From contig JBDQPD010000056.1 in assembly GCA_040260805.1 (NCBI GenBank), positions 1 through 21,799 of the forward strand: DNA of 21,799 nucleotides, read 5' to 3'. Below, piece after piece: positions 8,543-17,687 of the stretch (its first letter is position 1; each line of letters opens with the position of its first letter). The position numbers were made by a program, and so were the translations under genes. The notes under the pieces were generated by a model. The model was not told the origin of the DNA. It made no database searches and saw nothing but the letters and a program-made list of their open reading frames with translations. This stretch comes from Myxococcota bacterium. Lineage in GTDB: Bacteria > Myxococcota > UBA4151.

Positions 8543-9576
8543 GCTTAAGAGGGACGAAAGTCATTCTACATGACATGTGCCTGCGCGACGGCATGCACGC
8601 CAAACAGCACCAGATCTCCATCGATGAAATGGTACGGATTTCTGAAGGCCTCGACCAGGCGGGCGTTCCCTTGATTGAGGTGACGCATGGCGACGGTCTA
8701 GGCGGCGCATCGATCAACTATGGCTTCGCTGCTCACAGCGACGAAGAGTACCTTCGCGCGGTGGTCCCAAGACTCAAACAGGCTAAGGTCTCGGCGCTCA
8801 CTCTGCCTGGCATCGGCACGGTAGATCATCTCAAAATGGCGGTTGATTGCGGTGTTGAGTGCCTGCGCGTGGCGACCCATTGCACCGAAGCGGATGTCTC
8901 AGGTCAACACATCGGTATGAGCCGTGAGCTCGGCGTCGACACGGTCGGGTTCTTGATGATGGCGCATATGATCTCTGCGGAGGACCTGTTGGTCCAAGCG
9001 AAGATCATGGAGAACGAGGGCGCCACGACTATCTATTGCACTGACTCTGCCGGCTATATGCTGCCCGCCGATGTCACCGACCGTATCGCAACACTGCGCG
9101 CAGGACTTCGCCCCGAAACCGAGGTGGGTTTTCATGGTCATCACAACATGGCGATGGGTGTCGCCAACTCGGTCGCAGCAATTGAAGCGGGCGCCGTGCG
9201 AATCGACGGCAGCGCCGCTGGGATGGGCGCAGGCGCAGGAAACACCCCAATGGAGGTCTTGGTGGCGGTGCTTGAGCGCATGGGCGCTGATCATGGCTGC
9301 GATCTATACCGGCTCATGGATGTAGCGGAAGATCTCGTTGTTCCGCTGATGCAGCGGCCGCCTGCTCATACGGTGCGCGTCGATCGCAACGCCTTGGTCC
9401 TAGGTTATGCCGGCGTCTATTCAAGCTTCTTGCTCTTCGCTGATCGCGCCGCTCGCAAATATGGACTCCAGGCGAGGGACATCCTGGTCGAGCTTGGCCG
9501 AAGAAAAACCGTAGGTGGTCAAGAAGATATGATCGAAGATGTGGCGCTCGATCTAAAAAAACACTTGAGCGATTAG
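8539..9576 (+). CDS. hsaF: 4-hydroxy-2-oxohexanoate/4-hydroxy-2-oxovalerate aldolase, HsaF/TesG/DmpG family
   Basis: [42 protein letters not shown] and [12 protein letters not shown] overlap with hsaG. Confidence 0.9.
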   Translation: MSLRGTKVILHDMCLRDGMHAKQHQISIDEMVRISEGLDQAGVPLIEVTHGDGLGGASINYGFAAHSDEEYLRAVVPRLKQAKVSALTLPGIGTVDHLKMAVDCGVECLRVATHCTEADVSGQHIGMSRELGVDTVGFLMMAHMISAEDLLVQAKIMENEGATTIYCTDSAGYMLPADVTDRIATLRAGLRPETEVGFHGHHNMAMGVANSVAAIEAGAVRIDGSAAGMGAGAGNTPMEVLVAVLERMGADHGCDLYRLMDVAEDLVVPLMQRPPAHTVRVDRNALVLGYAGVYSSFLLFADRAARKYGLQARDILVELGRRKTVGGQEDMIEDVALDLKKHLSD

Positions 9577-9636
9577 AAGACTCATATTTTTGGGCATATA
9601 GGGTGGATTAACCCTTACTCAAGGAATGCCCCCATC

Positions 9637-10869
9637 ATGACGTCTCAGGGAATTGATACCCCTCAACCTTCACGGTCGAACAACCTGGTGGTTCATGGAA
9701 ACAACGACGATGTCGTGCGTTTGCTTGGCGAGCGGTTGCAGGCCAAAGTCCAATGTCTCGTCATTGATCCGTCATACAACACAAGCCGCGGTAAGCGCAG
9801 CGTCGATTCGTGGAAAGCCAACCTCAGAGCGGTGCTCAGCGCGACCGCTGGTATGGTCAAACCGAGCGGCGCTGTCTTTATTCACGCCGACGATCGGAAG
9901 CTGGCTCAGGTTAAGACGCTCGCTGAAGAAATATTTGGCGCCGAGAACTTTCTCAACATGGTGATCTTGAAAACCTCAGACCCTTCAGGTCTGCGGTCGA
10001 GCAATGCCTTGCCCTTTAACCAAACAGAGTACCTCCTGATCTTCGCCAAAGACCGGAAGCAGTTCACCTATTTCCCGCAGTACGTTCGGGCCGAATATGA
10101 CCCTTGCTATCGAAACGTTGTCATCAACCCCTCAGACCCTGTCTCTGCGTGGAAGGTGGAAAGCTTCCCCCGCTACATGGCGAACCGACTCGGTTACCGT
10201 TCGGTGCGAGCAGCACGCGCGGAGCTTGGTGTCATGTTTGAAAAGAAGCTTGCGGATTATGCGCTCGAGAACCCTGACGCAGTGTTTCAGAGTACCCGAG
10301 TCAATGATCGCGCTGGAGCCGAAATTCAAAAACTTGCTAAAAAGAGCCAGAAGCGACCCAAAGAAGTCTTTCATCTAGCGAGAGATCAAGCCCGGGATGT
10401 GTTTCTTCGAGGCGGCCGGCAGATGACATTTTACAGCAACAAAGTTCGCTCGCTCAACGGGGAGGATACCCCGACGAAAATGCTGACCAATCTGTGGACC
10501 GATATTCCCTTTCATGGGGTGGGCTATGAAGGCGAAGCGCGATTTTCTGGCGGCAAAAAGCCTGAGCGCTTGCTGCAGAGGGTCCTGGCGATGTGTTCAG
10601 CGCCTGGGGACATGGTTCTCGACCCTTATGGAGGCTCAGGGACGACCGCAGCGGTCGCTGAAAAACTCGACCGTCGATGGGTGATTATCGAACAGGACAG
10701 AAAGCTGATCGAACAGGTGATCGTGCCGCGCCTGACCCGAGTCATTAATGGGCAAGACAGCACGGGCTTGGATCGCTTGATCGAGACCAAGCAGGGCGGC
10801 TCGTTTGAGCGCTTGTGTTTGAAGGCGGGTGAGCTCGAAGGCCAAGGACTGGTCCTCGCCGACGCCTAG
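9637..10869 (+). CDS. Beta-class N6-adenine DNA methyltransferase, type III Mod-like, orphan, with variant catalytic motif
   Basis: NLVVHGNN..., motif IV IDPSYNT (canonical DPPY), EIFGAENF, KKPERLLQRVL and motif I DPYGGSGTTAAVA..RRW..IEQ. Motif IV precedes motif I. No res gene is adjacent. Confidence 0.82.
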   Translation: MTSQGIDTPQPSRSNNLVVHGNNDDVVRLLGERLQAKVQCLVIDPSYNTSRGKRSVDSWKANLRAVLSATAGMVKPSGAVFIHADDRKLAQVKTLAEEIFGAENFLNMVILKTSDPSGLRSSNALPFNQTEYLLIFAKDRKQFTYFPQYVRAEYDPCYRNVVINPSDPVSAWKVESFPRYMANRLGYRSVRAARAELGVMFEKKLADYALENPDAVFQSTRVNDRAGAEIQKLAKKSQKRPKEVFHLARDQARDVFLRGGRQMTFYSNKVRSLNGEDTPTKMLTNLWTDIPFHGVGYEGEARFSGGKKPERLLQRVLAMCSAPGDMVLDPYGGSGTTAAVAEKLDRRWVIIEQDRKLIEQVIVPRLTRVINGQDSTGLDRLIETKQGGSFERLCLKAGELEGQGLVLADA

Positions 10870-10875
10870 ACAGCC

Positions 10876-11067
10876 CTACCCGTCCAATCGAAGCGCGCCG
10901 CGTGGGCAGTACTGAACCGCTGCTTTGATTTTGGCGCTCAGTGCGTCTGTAACCTGATCTTGATGAACGATCAGGAGATCTTCGTCGGTCAACTCAAAGA
11001 TCTCGGGACACGCCTTCATGCAGATCCCGTTCGCCTCGCAAAGATCTAAATCAACAACGATCTGCAC
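10876..11067 (-). CDS. fdxD: Small [3Fe-4S]-type ferredoxin, FdxD-like
   Basis: VDLDLCEANGICMKACPEIF...CPRGAL, a CxxNxxC...CP pattern like mycobacterial FdxD, which neighbours fadE26/27. GTG start overlaps the fadE27 stop. Confidence 0.8.
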   Translation of the reverse strand: MQIVVDLDLCEANGICMKACPEIFELTDEDLLIVHQDQVTDALSAKIKAAVQYCPRGALRLDG

Positions 11068-12140
11068 TACAGCCCCTCAGCGATTAGGTCGCCTAAATTT
11101 TGGAGTTGGGCGCTCGCACCGCCTTCTAAAAACTCGATGCGTTTGACCCCTAGAAAATAGCGATGAAGTGGATAGTCCCGGTCAAAGCCCATGCCACCAT
11201 GCAGGTGCTGAGCTGCTGAGACCACTTGATGAGCGCCTTCGGCGCAGACGTAGCGAGCGCTAGCGACCGCAGCACCTGAGGGACGCTCAGCCTGCTCAAG
11301 CCAAGCGGCGCGCCAGAGCGTGACCCGCATCGTTTCAAGCGCAATAAAGGCATCGGCGGCGCGCTGACTGACCGCCTGAAATGAGCCGATCGGGACCCCG
11401 AATTGCTGACGCTCTTTGAGGTACGTTGCGGTGAGATCTAGAGCCGACTCGGACAAGCCGACTAAGGTCGCACAATAGGCGAGGTGCAAGCGGCGCTCAA
11501 AGCGTTCCAGTACCGCCGGGTCGAGGCTGAGAAGTTGGGCTGGTGTTTGCTCGAAGCGCAGCGACCACAAGGGGGCATCATCGGTTCCGCTTTGTCGCGT
11601 GGCGCCGCAGCCTCCTGCCAAGAACAACCCAGGTCCTTGCGGGGTCCCTGAAAGGACAATCAAACCCTGCGCCCGATCCACATAAGGCACCGCAATTTTC
11701 TCACCGGTCAAAAGCCAATGATCACCACGCTGCTCAGCCCGACAACTTGGCGCTCGAAACGCCGAGCCTCCCTGTTCGTGCAGAGCAAGAGTGATCAGGG
11801 TCTCTCCGCTTCCAATCGATCGAAGCATCGAATCATTGGTGCTGGGGTCTCCAAGCTCTTGCAAGAGCGGCGCAGCCATCACCACGGTCTCGAGCAAGGG
11901 CAGCGGTGCGGCGTGACGAGCCGCTTGTCGGAGCAACAAGAGCAATTCAACGCACCCTAATCCCATGCCGCCGTGGTCAGCCGCTAACCCCACACTCAGC
12001 AGCTCAGTTCGTGCCAGCTCCGCGTAGGCGTGCGCCGCAAATCGATCGCCAGTATAATCTGAGTCGCGCAGGCTAGAAGCTAGGACCTCCTCGCTCAAGT
12101 CTCGGATCGCCTGCTGTTCTTCTGACCAGGTAAAATCCAT
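11067..12140 (-). CDS. fadE27: Acyl-CoA dehydrogenase partner subunit, FadE27/ChsE5-like
   Basis: Short ACAD with RQQFGVPIGSFQAVSQRAAD and HLHGGMGFDRDYPLHRYF, immediately downstream of a FadE26-like gene (heteromeric ACAD pair). Confidence 0.75.
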   Translation of the reverse strand: MDFTWSEEQQAIRDLSEEVLASSLRDSDYTGDRFAAHAYAELARTELLSVGLAADHGGMGLGCVELLLLLRQAARHAAPLPLLETVVMAAPLLQELGDPSTNDSMLRSIGSGETLITLALHEQGGSAFRAPSCRAEQRGDHWLLTGEKIAVPYVDRAQGLIVLSGTPQGPGLFLAGGCGATRQSGTDDAPLWSLRFEQTPAQLLSLDPAVLERFERRLHLAYCATLVGLSESALDLTATYLKERQQFGVPIGSFQAVSQRAADAFIALETMRVTLWRAAWLEQAERPSGAAVASARYVCAEGAHQVVSAAQHLHGGMGFDRDYPLHRYFLGVKRIEFLEGGASAQLQNLGDLIAEGL

Positions 12141-12143
12141 CGC

Positions 12144-13316
12144 TTATCGACTCCTCGGCAAACCTAAGCCGGCCATCGAGATCATGTCGCGCTGCACCTC
12201 ATTGCAGCCGCCACCGAAAGTCAGGACCAGGCTCATCCGATAAAACCGCTCAAGACGGCCGGCTAAAGCCGCCCCGGGTGAGCCGACCTGCAGCATCCCG
12301 CTCGCTCCAAGGACCTCCGCAAGAAGCCGAGAGCCCTCCACATAAAACTCAGAGCCATAGACCTTGATCGCTGAAGCTTCAGCCATCCCTAGCTTATCCT
12401 CGGCGATCGCCCAGGCTTGTTTTCCATTGAGCAGCGTCAAGCAGTCGAGACCAACTCGAACCTGAGCGAGATTACGGCGAACCCAAGGCTGATCCAGCAA
12501 ACGAGCGCTCTCGCCATCGCTGGTCTCCGCTGCATAGTTTCGGGTCTCTTCCCAAATTCGCTCAAGCGGACCCACGGAACACAGGGCGACGCGTTCGTGG
12601 TTGAGCTGGCTGGTGATCAAGCGCCAGCCTCCACCCTCTTTTCCTACGAGATTAGCCAGAGGCACTTTGACGTTTTCGAAATAAACCGCCCAAATATTAT
12701 TGTCTCCAAGACCATGGATCGGCGTCATCGAAACACCCGGGCTGTCGGCGTCAACGATCAACATCGAGATGCCTTTATGCTTTGCCACCTCAGGGTCGGT
12801 GCGCACCGCCAACCAAAAATGGTCGGCGTGGTCGGCGAGCGAGCAAAAGATCTTTTGTCCATTGACCAAGTAATGATCATCTTGGCGCTCGGCTCGGGTT
12901 TTCAGGGAGGCTAAATCGGTTCCTGAGTCTGGCTCGGTATAACCGATTGAAAAGTGGCATTTGCCCGCCAATATCCTCGGCGGATAGGTCTTCTTTTGCT
13001 CCTCACTTCCGTAGGACAAGAGGGTCGGACCCACCGTATTGAGCGTCAAAATAGGCACCGGAAACCCGCTGCGTTGTACCTCATCAAAGAAGATAAACTG
13101 CTCGATTGGCCCTGCGCCTTGACCTCCATACTGCGCCGGCCAACCAATACCGAGCCAATCGTCTCGACCCAGCCGCTCCATCGCCTGCATGTAATGAGGA
13201 CCACCGCCTTCGCTGACGATGAGCTCGGCCTCGAGCTCGTCGGTCATCAACTCATCAAGATAGCGACGTAGGCGGTCTCGAAGGGCGCGCTGTTCGTCGG
13301 TGAAGTCGAGATACAC
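12144..13316 (-). CDS. fadE26: Steroid side-chain acyl-CoA dehydrogenase, FadE26/ChsE4-like
   Basis: FSIGYTEPDSGTDLASLKT, KHKGIS, GGWRLITSQLNHERVAL and LTFGGGCNEVQRDMI are characteristic of FadE26/FadE29-type ACADs. Context (fadE27, fdxD) favours FadE26. Confidence 0.78.
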   Translation of the reverse strand: MYLDFTDEQRALRDRLRRYLDELMTDELEAELIVSEGGGPHYMQAMERLGRDDWLGIGWPAQYGGQGAGPIEQFIFFDEVQRSGFPVPILTLNTVGPTLLSYGSEEQKKTYPPRILAGKCHFSIGYTEPDSGTDLASLKTRAERQDDHYLVNGQKIFCSLADHADHFWLAVRTDPEVAKHKGISMLIVDADSPGVSMTPIHGLGDNNIWAVYFENVKVPLANLVGKEGGGWRLITSQLNHERVALCSVGPLERIWEETRNYAAETSDGESARLLDQPWVRRNLAQVRVGLDCLTLLNGKQAWAIAEDKLGMAEASAIKVYGSEFYVEGSRLLAEVLGASGMLQVGSPGAALAGRLERFYRMSLVLTFGGGCNEVQRDMISMAGLGLPRSR

Positions 13317-13325
13317 TAGCGGTTC

Positions 13326-14012
13326 CTAATCGGTGTCGTCAGATGAGAGTGTTTTGGCGAACTGTTCGGGATTGAGCCGAACAAAAATAGCCTCTGCAGT
13401 GGCAGTGTGCTGATCGCCACGATGACAGTGGGCTCGCAAGTAGACGTTGCGGCCCTCCTCTCGCTCGGCCCAAGCGCTAAACACTAAGTCCTGATGCGAA
13501 GGCGTCGGGTGATGGTAGCGAATGGTCAACTCAGCGGTGACACACGGGGTCCCATCCAGAATTAAGACAAAGCCCATGAGCTGATCAAAGACCGAAGCGA
13601 CGGCGCCGCCGTGAACCCATCCGGGCGCGCCGACATAGCCATTCTCAAAACAGACCTTTGCGGTCACCCGCTCAGACTCCTCTTCCAGAATCGCTAAGGG
13701 ACTGATCGGGTTGGATTGTCCGGTAATCCACGCTCGGTCGGCGTAGACTTCAGGACGAGCGACATAATCGCCATCTTTGAAGCGCTCAAAGAAGGTCCGC
13801 GCACCGTAGGGTTTGAGCAGCGCTAGCGCTTGATCAATACGCTGAGCGGCTTCGAGCAGCTCGGGCGCTGGAGCGTCTGAGCACACGACCAAATGATTTA
13901 ACTCACGTAGGGCCTGCGCGAGTTTTCGCTTGCCGCCCCAAGCCTGCGTCGTGGGCTCTTCAAGAACGTCCCATGAACGTTTAACGAAGGCTTTGATCTG
14001 ATCATCGATCAT
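13326..14012 (-). CDS. PaaI/hotdog-fold thioesterase with N-terminal extension
   Basis: GAPGWVHGGAVASVFDQLMG and TAELTIRYHHPTP. ATGA overlap with fadD19. Confidence 0.8.
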   Translation of the reverse strand: MIDDQIKAFVKRSWDVLEEPTTQAWGGKRKLAQALRELNHLVVCSDAPAPELLEAAQRIDQALALLKPYGARTFFERFKDGDYVARPEVYADRAWITGQSNPISPLAILEEESERVTAKVCFENGYVGAPGWVHGGAVASVFDQLMGFVLILDGTPCVTAELTIRYHHPTPSHQDLVFSAWAEREEGRNVYLRAHCHRGDQHTATAEAIFVRLNPEQFAKTLSSDDTD

Positions 14013-15604
14013 CGATCGGCCATCTCAGAAGCCAGTTTTTGAGCGGTCGTATAGTCGGGTTTGCCGGTGGGATGCCGCGGCATCTCTTGCACGACGAAGA
14101 ACTGTTTGGGCGTCTTATAGCCTGCTACTTTAGAGCGTGTGTGCGTGATCAAGTCCGCCTCTTCAACCGTGTGACCTGGCCGCACGGTCACTAGACTGGT
14201 GACTCGCTGACCCCATTGCTCATCGGCGATGCCCACGACGATAGCATCTGCGATGCTCGGATGGGCTTTGATTCCTTCTTCAACCTCTTCAGGGAAGACC
14301 TTCTCACCGCCCGTGTTAATGCAGACCGAGCCGCGGCCCAGTAAGGTGATCGTTCCGTCGTCTTCGAGCACAGCAAAGTCACCAGGAATCACATAACGTC
14401 CGAAAGGCGTTTCAATAAATGTCCGCGCCGTTTTCTCGGGGTCTTTGTAGTAACCGCGTGGCAGATGACCGCCGGTGGCGAGCATGCCCGTCTCACCGAC
14501 TGAACATTCAGCGAAGGTGTCCGGATCCAGAACCTTGGTGCGGCCGCCGAGCATAAAGAACTTCGCTTGTCCTCCAGCCGCGCTGATCGCCATACCCGCA
14601 TGACCCGACTCGGAGGAGCCGAAGTTGTTCATGATCATAGCGCAAGGGAAAGCCTCTTCAAGCTGTTCCCGAACGGTCTGACTCAGCACGGCACCAGCCG
14701 AGGTCACCACCCCAAGCATCGGTGACTCGTACTCCCCAGCCAGATAAGTTTCGGCGAAGGGTCTTGCCATGGCGTCGCCGACCAAATTGACCACCGTGAC
14801 CCCCTCATCACCGAGCAAACGACAGGTCTCTTCAGGGATGAATCGAGCGCCTGGAGTCAGGCAATTTTTACCCCCGGTAAAAATAGCGATCCAACACGCA
14901 AATTGAGCCGAACCATGAATGAGAGGCGCGGCGGTGTGCATCGAATAGGGCATCCCGTCGTTGATAAACTCGATCAGATCCTCTGGGCGCTCGAGCGGGT
15001 CATCGCCCGGACGCCCTCCTTGCAAACCCGCAAAGAGCAATTGGTCATGTTCCCACATCACCCCGCGCGGCATGCCGGTCGTTCCTCCGGTGTAGATGAT
15101 GCACAGATCTTTGCCTGAGCGCTCCTCAAAGTCGCGCGCCGGGTGACCTTGAGCCAATGCGGTTTCAAAGGCGGTCGCTCGCTGAGCCCCCACCTCGCAA
15201 TCGACATCGCCAGCAGCCACTAAGACCTGGAGTCCCGCAACCTGTGCGACCGCTTCTTCCACGAGCCCAACAAGCTCCGGCTCAAAGAACAAACCTTTGA
15301 GGTCCGCGTTGTCATAAAGGTAGGCAAGTTCGGCGGCGACATAGCGATAGTTGATATTGATCGGCACGGCGCGCAGTTTATAAGCTGCGAGCGCCGCAAT
15401 AAAGTACTCGTGACCGTTATAAAGCTGCAAACCCACGTGATCACCGCTGACAATACCTTGGGCTTGGAGATGATGGGCGATCCGATTCGAGGCAGCCTCG
15501 AGTTCGGCATAGGTGTAGCGGATATCGCCCGATACCAACGCATCATTTTCGGGGACCGTATCGACCACGATTTCGAAAAGATCTGCGAGATTAAACACCG
15601 CCAT
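14009..15604 (-). CDS. fadD19: Steroid side-chain acyl-CoA synthetase, FadD19-like
   Basis: N-terminus MAVFNLADLFE, NINYRYVAAEL.YL.DN.D, AMP motif YTGGTTGMPRGVMW, GYYKDPEKTA and LLGRGSVCINTGGEKVFPEEVE. AGGAG RBS at about 15610-15614. Confidence 0.8.
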   Translation of the reverse strand: MAVFNLADLFEIVVDTVPENDALVSGDIRYTYAELEAASNRIAHHLQAQGIVSGDHVGLQLYNGHEYFIAALAAYKLRAVPININYRYVAAELAYLYDNADLKGLFFEPELVGLVEEAVAQVAGLQVLVAAGDVDCEVGAQRATAFETALAQGHPARDFEERSGKDLCIIYTGGTTGMPRGVMWEHDQLLFAGLQGGRPGDDPLERPEDLIEFINDGMPYSMHTAAPLIHGSAQFACWIAIFTGGKNCLTPGARFIPEETCRLLGDEGVTVVNLVGDAMARPFAETYLAGEYESPMLGVVTSAGAVLSQTVREQLEEAFPCAMIMNNFGSSESGHAGMAISAAGGQAKFFMLGGRTKVLDPDTFAECSVGETGMLATGGHLPRGYYKDPEKTARTFIETPFGRYVIPGDFAVLEDDGTITLLGRGSVCINTGGEKVFPEEVEEGIKAHPSIADAIVVGIADEQWGQRVTSLVTVRPGHTVEEADLITHTRSKVAGYKTPKQFFVVQEMPRHPTGKPDYTTAQKLASEMADR

Positions 15605-15615
15605 GAACTACTCCT

Positions 15616-16776
15616 TTAAGAAGCCATCGGCGTATCGCCAACGACCCACATCGCAAAGAACTGAGAGCCGCCACCGTACGCGTGCCCCATGGCTCTGCGC
15701 ACCCCATCCACCTGATGCGCTCCAGCTAAGCCGCGCACCTGCAAAGCCGCCTCAGCAAAACGAATCATCCCCGAGGCGCCGATGGGGTTTGAGCTCAAAA
15801 CACCCCCTGAGACGTTGACCGGTAAGGCGCCACCAAAGTCGGTGACTCCGTCCTCGACCAAACGCCAGCCATCGCCTGGCTCAGCGAACCCTAGGTTCTC
15901 GAGCCACATCGGCTCAAACCACGAGAACGGAACGTAGAGTTCAGCCATATCGAGCTCAGCCAAAGGATCGGTAATCTGCGCCTGACGATAAAGATCAGCG
16001 GCGCAATCGATCCCCGCCTGAGGGCTGACCTGATCACGCCCGGGAAAGAAAATAGGTTCGCTACGCAGCGCCGTTCCTTGAACAAAAGCAGGTGGGTTCG
16101 GCGCCTCTTTAGCCGCCGATTCCGACGCCAGGATCATCGCGCACGCACCATCTGAACTTGGACAGGTCTCCAGATAGTTGATCGGGTCCCAAAGAACCGG
16201 CGCTTGCGCGCATTGCTCAAGCGTTGGCTCGCTTTGAATGTGGGCGAGCGGGTTCTTCAGCGCGTTGCGGCGATCCTTAATCACGACTTTCCAGCCCGTA
16301 TCATTAGGGGCTTTGGCGCGATGCATGTACGCGCGCATGAGCGGAGCGAAGTAACCGCCTGCTCCAGCAACCGTTGGCGGCTGAAAAGGATAGGGCGGTG
16401 ACAAAGCCCACATGGCGTTCGAGCAGCTCTGGATCTCGAAGGCCAAACACAGCACCCGTTGATGCACACCCGCCTGAATCAGGTGACTCGCAACCACTGC
16501 GGTTGATCCCCCGACAGACCCTGCCGTGTGCACCCGAATCATCGGTTTGCCGACGGCCCCAAGAGCGGCAGCGAGATGATGCTCGGGCATCATGACACCC
16601 TCGAAAAAGTCCGGTGCTTTTCCGATAACTACCGCATCGATCTGGTGCCACTCTAAGCCGGCATCAAGCATCGCGGCATCGGCGGCTTCGCGCACCAAAC
16701 CAGCCAAGCTTTTATCTTGCCGCTTCGCCGCATAGCGGGTCTGGCCGACGCCGATCACTGCGCACGGCCGGCTCAT
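15616..16776 (-). CDS. ltp3: SCP-x-type thiolase-fold protein Ltp3 (retro-aldolase subunit)
   Basis: GKAPDFFEGVMMPE, RVHTAGSVGGSTA (no thiolase Cys), ETCPSSDGACA, ELYVPFSWFEPMWLENLG and GHAYGGGSQFF. Start reassigned to ATG 16776 (MSRPCAVIG), which overlaps the ltp4 stop. Confidence 0.85.
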   Translation of the reverse strand: MSRPCAVIGVGQTRYAAKRQDKSLAGLVREAADAAMLDAGLEWHQIDAVVIGKAPDFFEGVMMPEHHLAAALGAVGKPMIRVHTAGSVGGSTAVVASHLIQAGVHQRVLCLAFEIQSCSNAMWALSPPYPFQPPTVAGAGGYFAPLMRAYMHRAKAPNDTGWKVVIKDRRNALKNPLAHIQSEPTLEQCAQAPVLWDPINYLETCPSSDGACAMILASESAAKEAPNPPAFVQGTALRSEPIFFPGRDQVSPQAGIDCAADLYRQAQITDPLAELDMAELYVPFSWFEPMWLENLGFAEPGDGWRLVEDGVTDFGGALPVNVSGGVLSSNPIGASGMIRFAEAALQVRGLAGAHQVDGVRRAMGHAYGGGSQFFAMWVVGDTPMAS

Positions 16777-17687
16777 GGGTTGGCTCCCAAAAGACAGACT
16801 AGGTTTTGTTGCAACGCCGGCCCGGCGCTGGCGTGGCCCAGCGTGCATGAAGCAGTGCCACGCATGATCGCCGATGCAGCCTCACCAATCCGAAGCAAGC
16901 CGCTGACCATATAGGTGTCGACCGCGCTCGTGCGCCCTTGGTTAACCGCTACATTAGGCGACAAGCCCAGGGCGTCAGCGATCAGATTGCGTTGATGGTC
17001 AAAGTTGATGTGCAGCTCCGCACGCTCGATGGTTTGATCCGAAATTCTCAGCGCTTTGGAGCACGCGACAACCGAGTTGAGCGCCGCCAAGTTGCGCTGC
17101 GACAACTCACCAACATCCATGCGGTGATCAATCCCTCGAATCCACGCAGGGCGAGGACACAAGCTCTTGGCTCGGTCGCCAGCGACTAGAATAATGGCCG
17201 CTGCGCCGTCGCTCAAGGGCACTCGGCTCAGCGAGTCTTCGGTGCCTGAAGCGCGCGCCTGCAAACCCGCAACCGCTTCTTCGTCCAAACCCAAAGGAGC
17301 GGCCCAATGAGGGTCAAGCTGTAGCCCCAAAACCTGATTCAGATCGCATAAGCTGGGTTGCCCAAACGCATAGACCATCGCGGTGTCGATATCGCCGTGC
17401 TGCAGACGCACCCAGGCTTCATAAAGCGCGAAGGCACCGTCCATTTCGACGTGACTTTCCTCAATCGGTGGAAAGGCACCAACGCCGTCTAGCGCTGAGA
17501 CGAATGAGAAGGGTCGCCCCGACAAAAAGTCACTCGAACCCGAGACGGTAAAGCCGATATCCTGCTGCGAAAGGCCGACCTGTTGACGAACCGATGAGCA
17601 CACCGACTGGATCAGCTCGACCTCATCAAGGTGGCTCGGTCCGTCGAGCTCGGAGTGAGCGAACGCTACAATGGCTACAGGCCGCAT
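16773..17687 (-). CDS. ltp4: SCP-x-type thiolase-fold protein Ltp4
   Basis: SGSSDFLSGRPFSFVSALD, PPIEESHVEMDGAFALYEAW and GHASAGPALQQNLV. Lies between the DUF35 gene and ltp3, as in Rv3521-Rv3522-Rv3523. Confidence 0.82.
   Translation of the reverse strand: MRPVAIVAFAHSELDGPSHLDEVELIQSVCSSVRQQVGLSQQDIGFTVSGSSDFLSGRPFSFVSALDGVGAFPPIEESHVEMDGAFALYEAWVRLQHGDIDTAMVYAFGQPSLCDLNQVLGLQLDPHWAAPLGLDEEAVAGLQARASGTEDSLSRVPLSDGAAAIILVAGDRAKSLCPRPAWIRGIDHRMDVGELSQRNLAALNSVVACSKALRISDQTIERAELHINFDHQRNLIADALGLSPNVAVNQGRTSAVDTYMVSGLLRIGEAASAIMRGTASCTLGHASAGPALQQNLVCLLGANP

Noticed and set aside
9637..10869. Phase-variable mod gene or mobile defence island
   Set aside because: No simple-sequence repeat tract, res gene, integrase, transposase or flanking repeats were seen.
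16777..16848. ORF-track N-terminal extension of ltp3
   Set aside because: It overlaps the conserved ltp4 C-terminus. ATG 16776 gives the usual ATGA coupling and a typical N-terminus.
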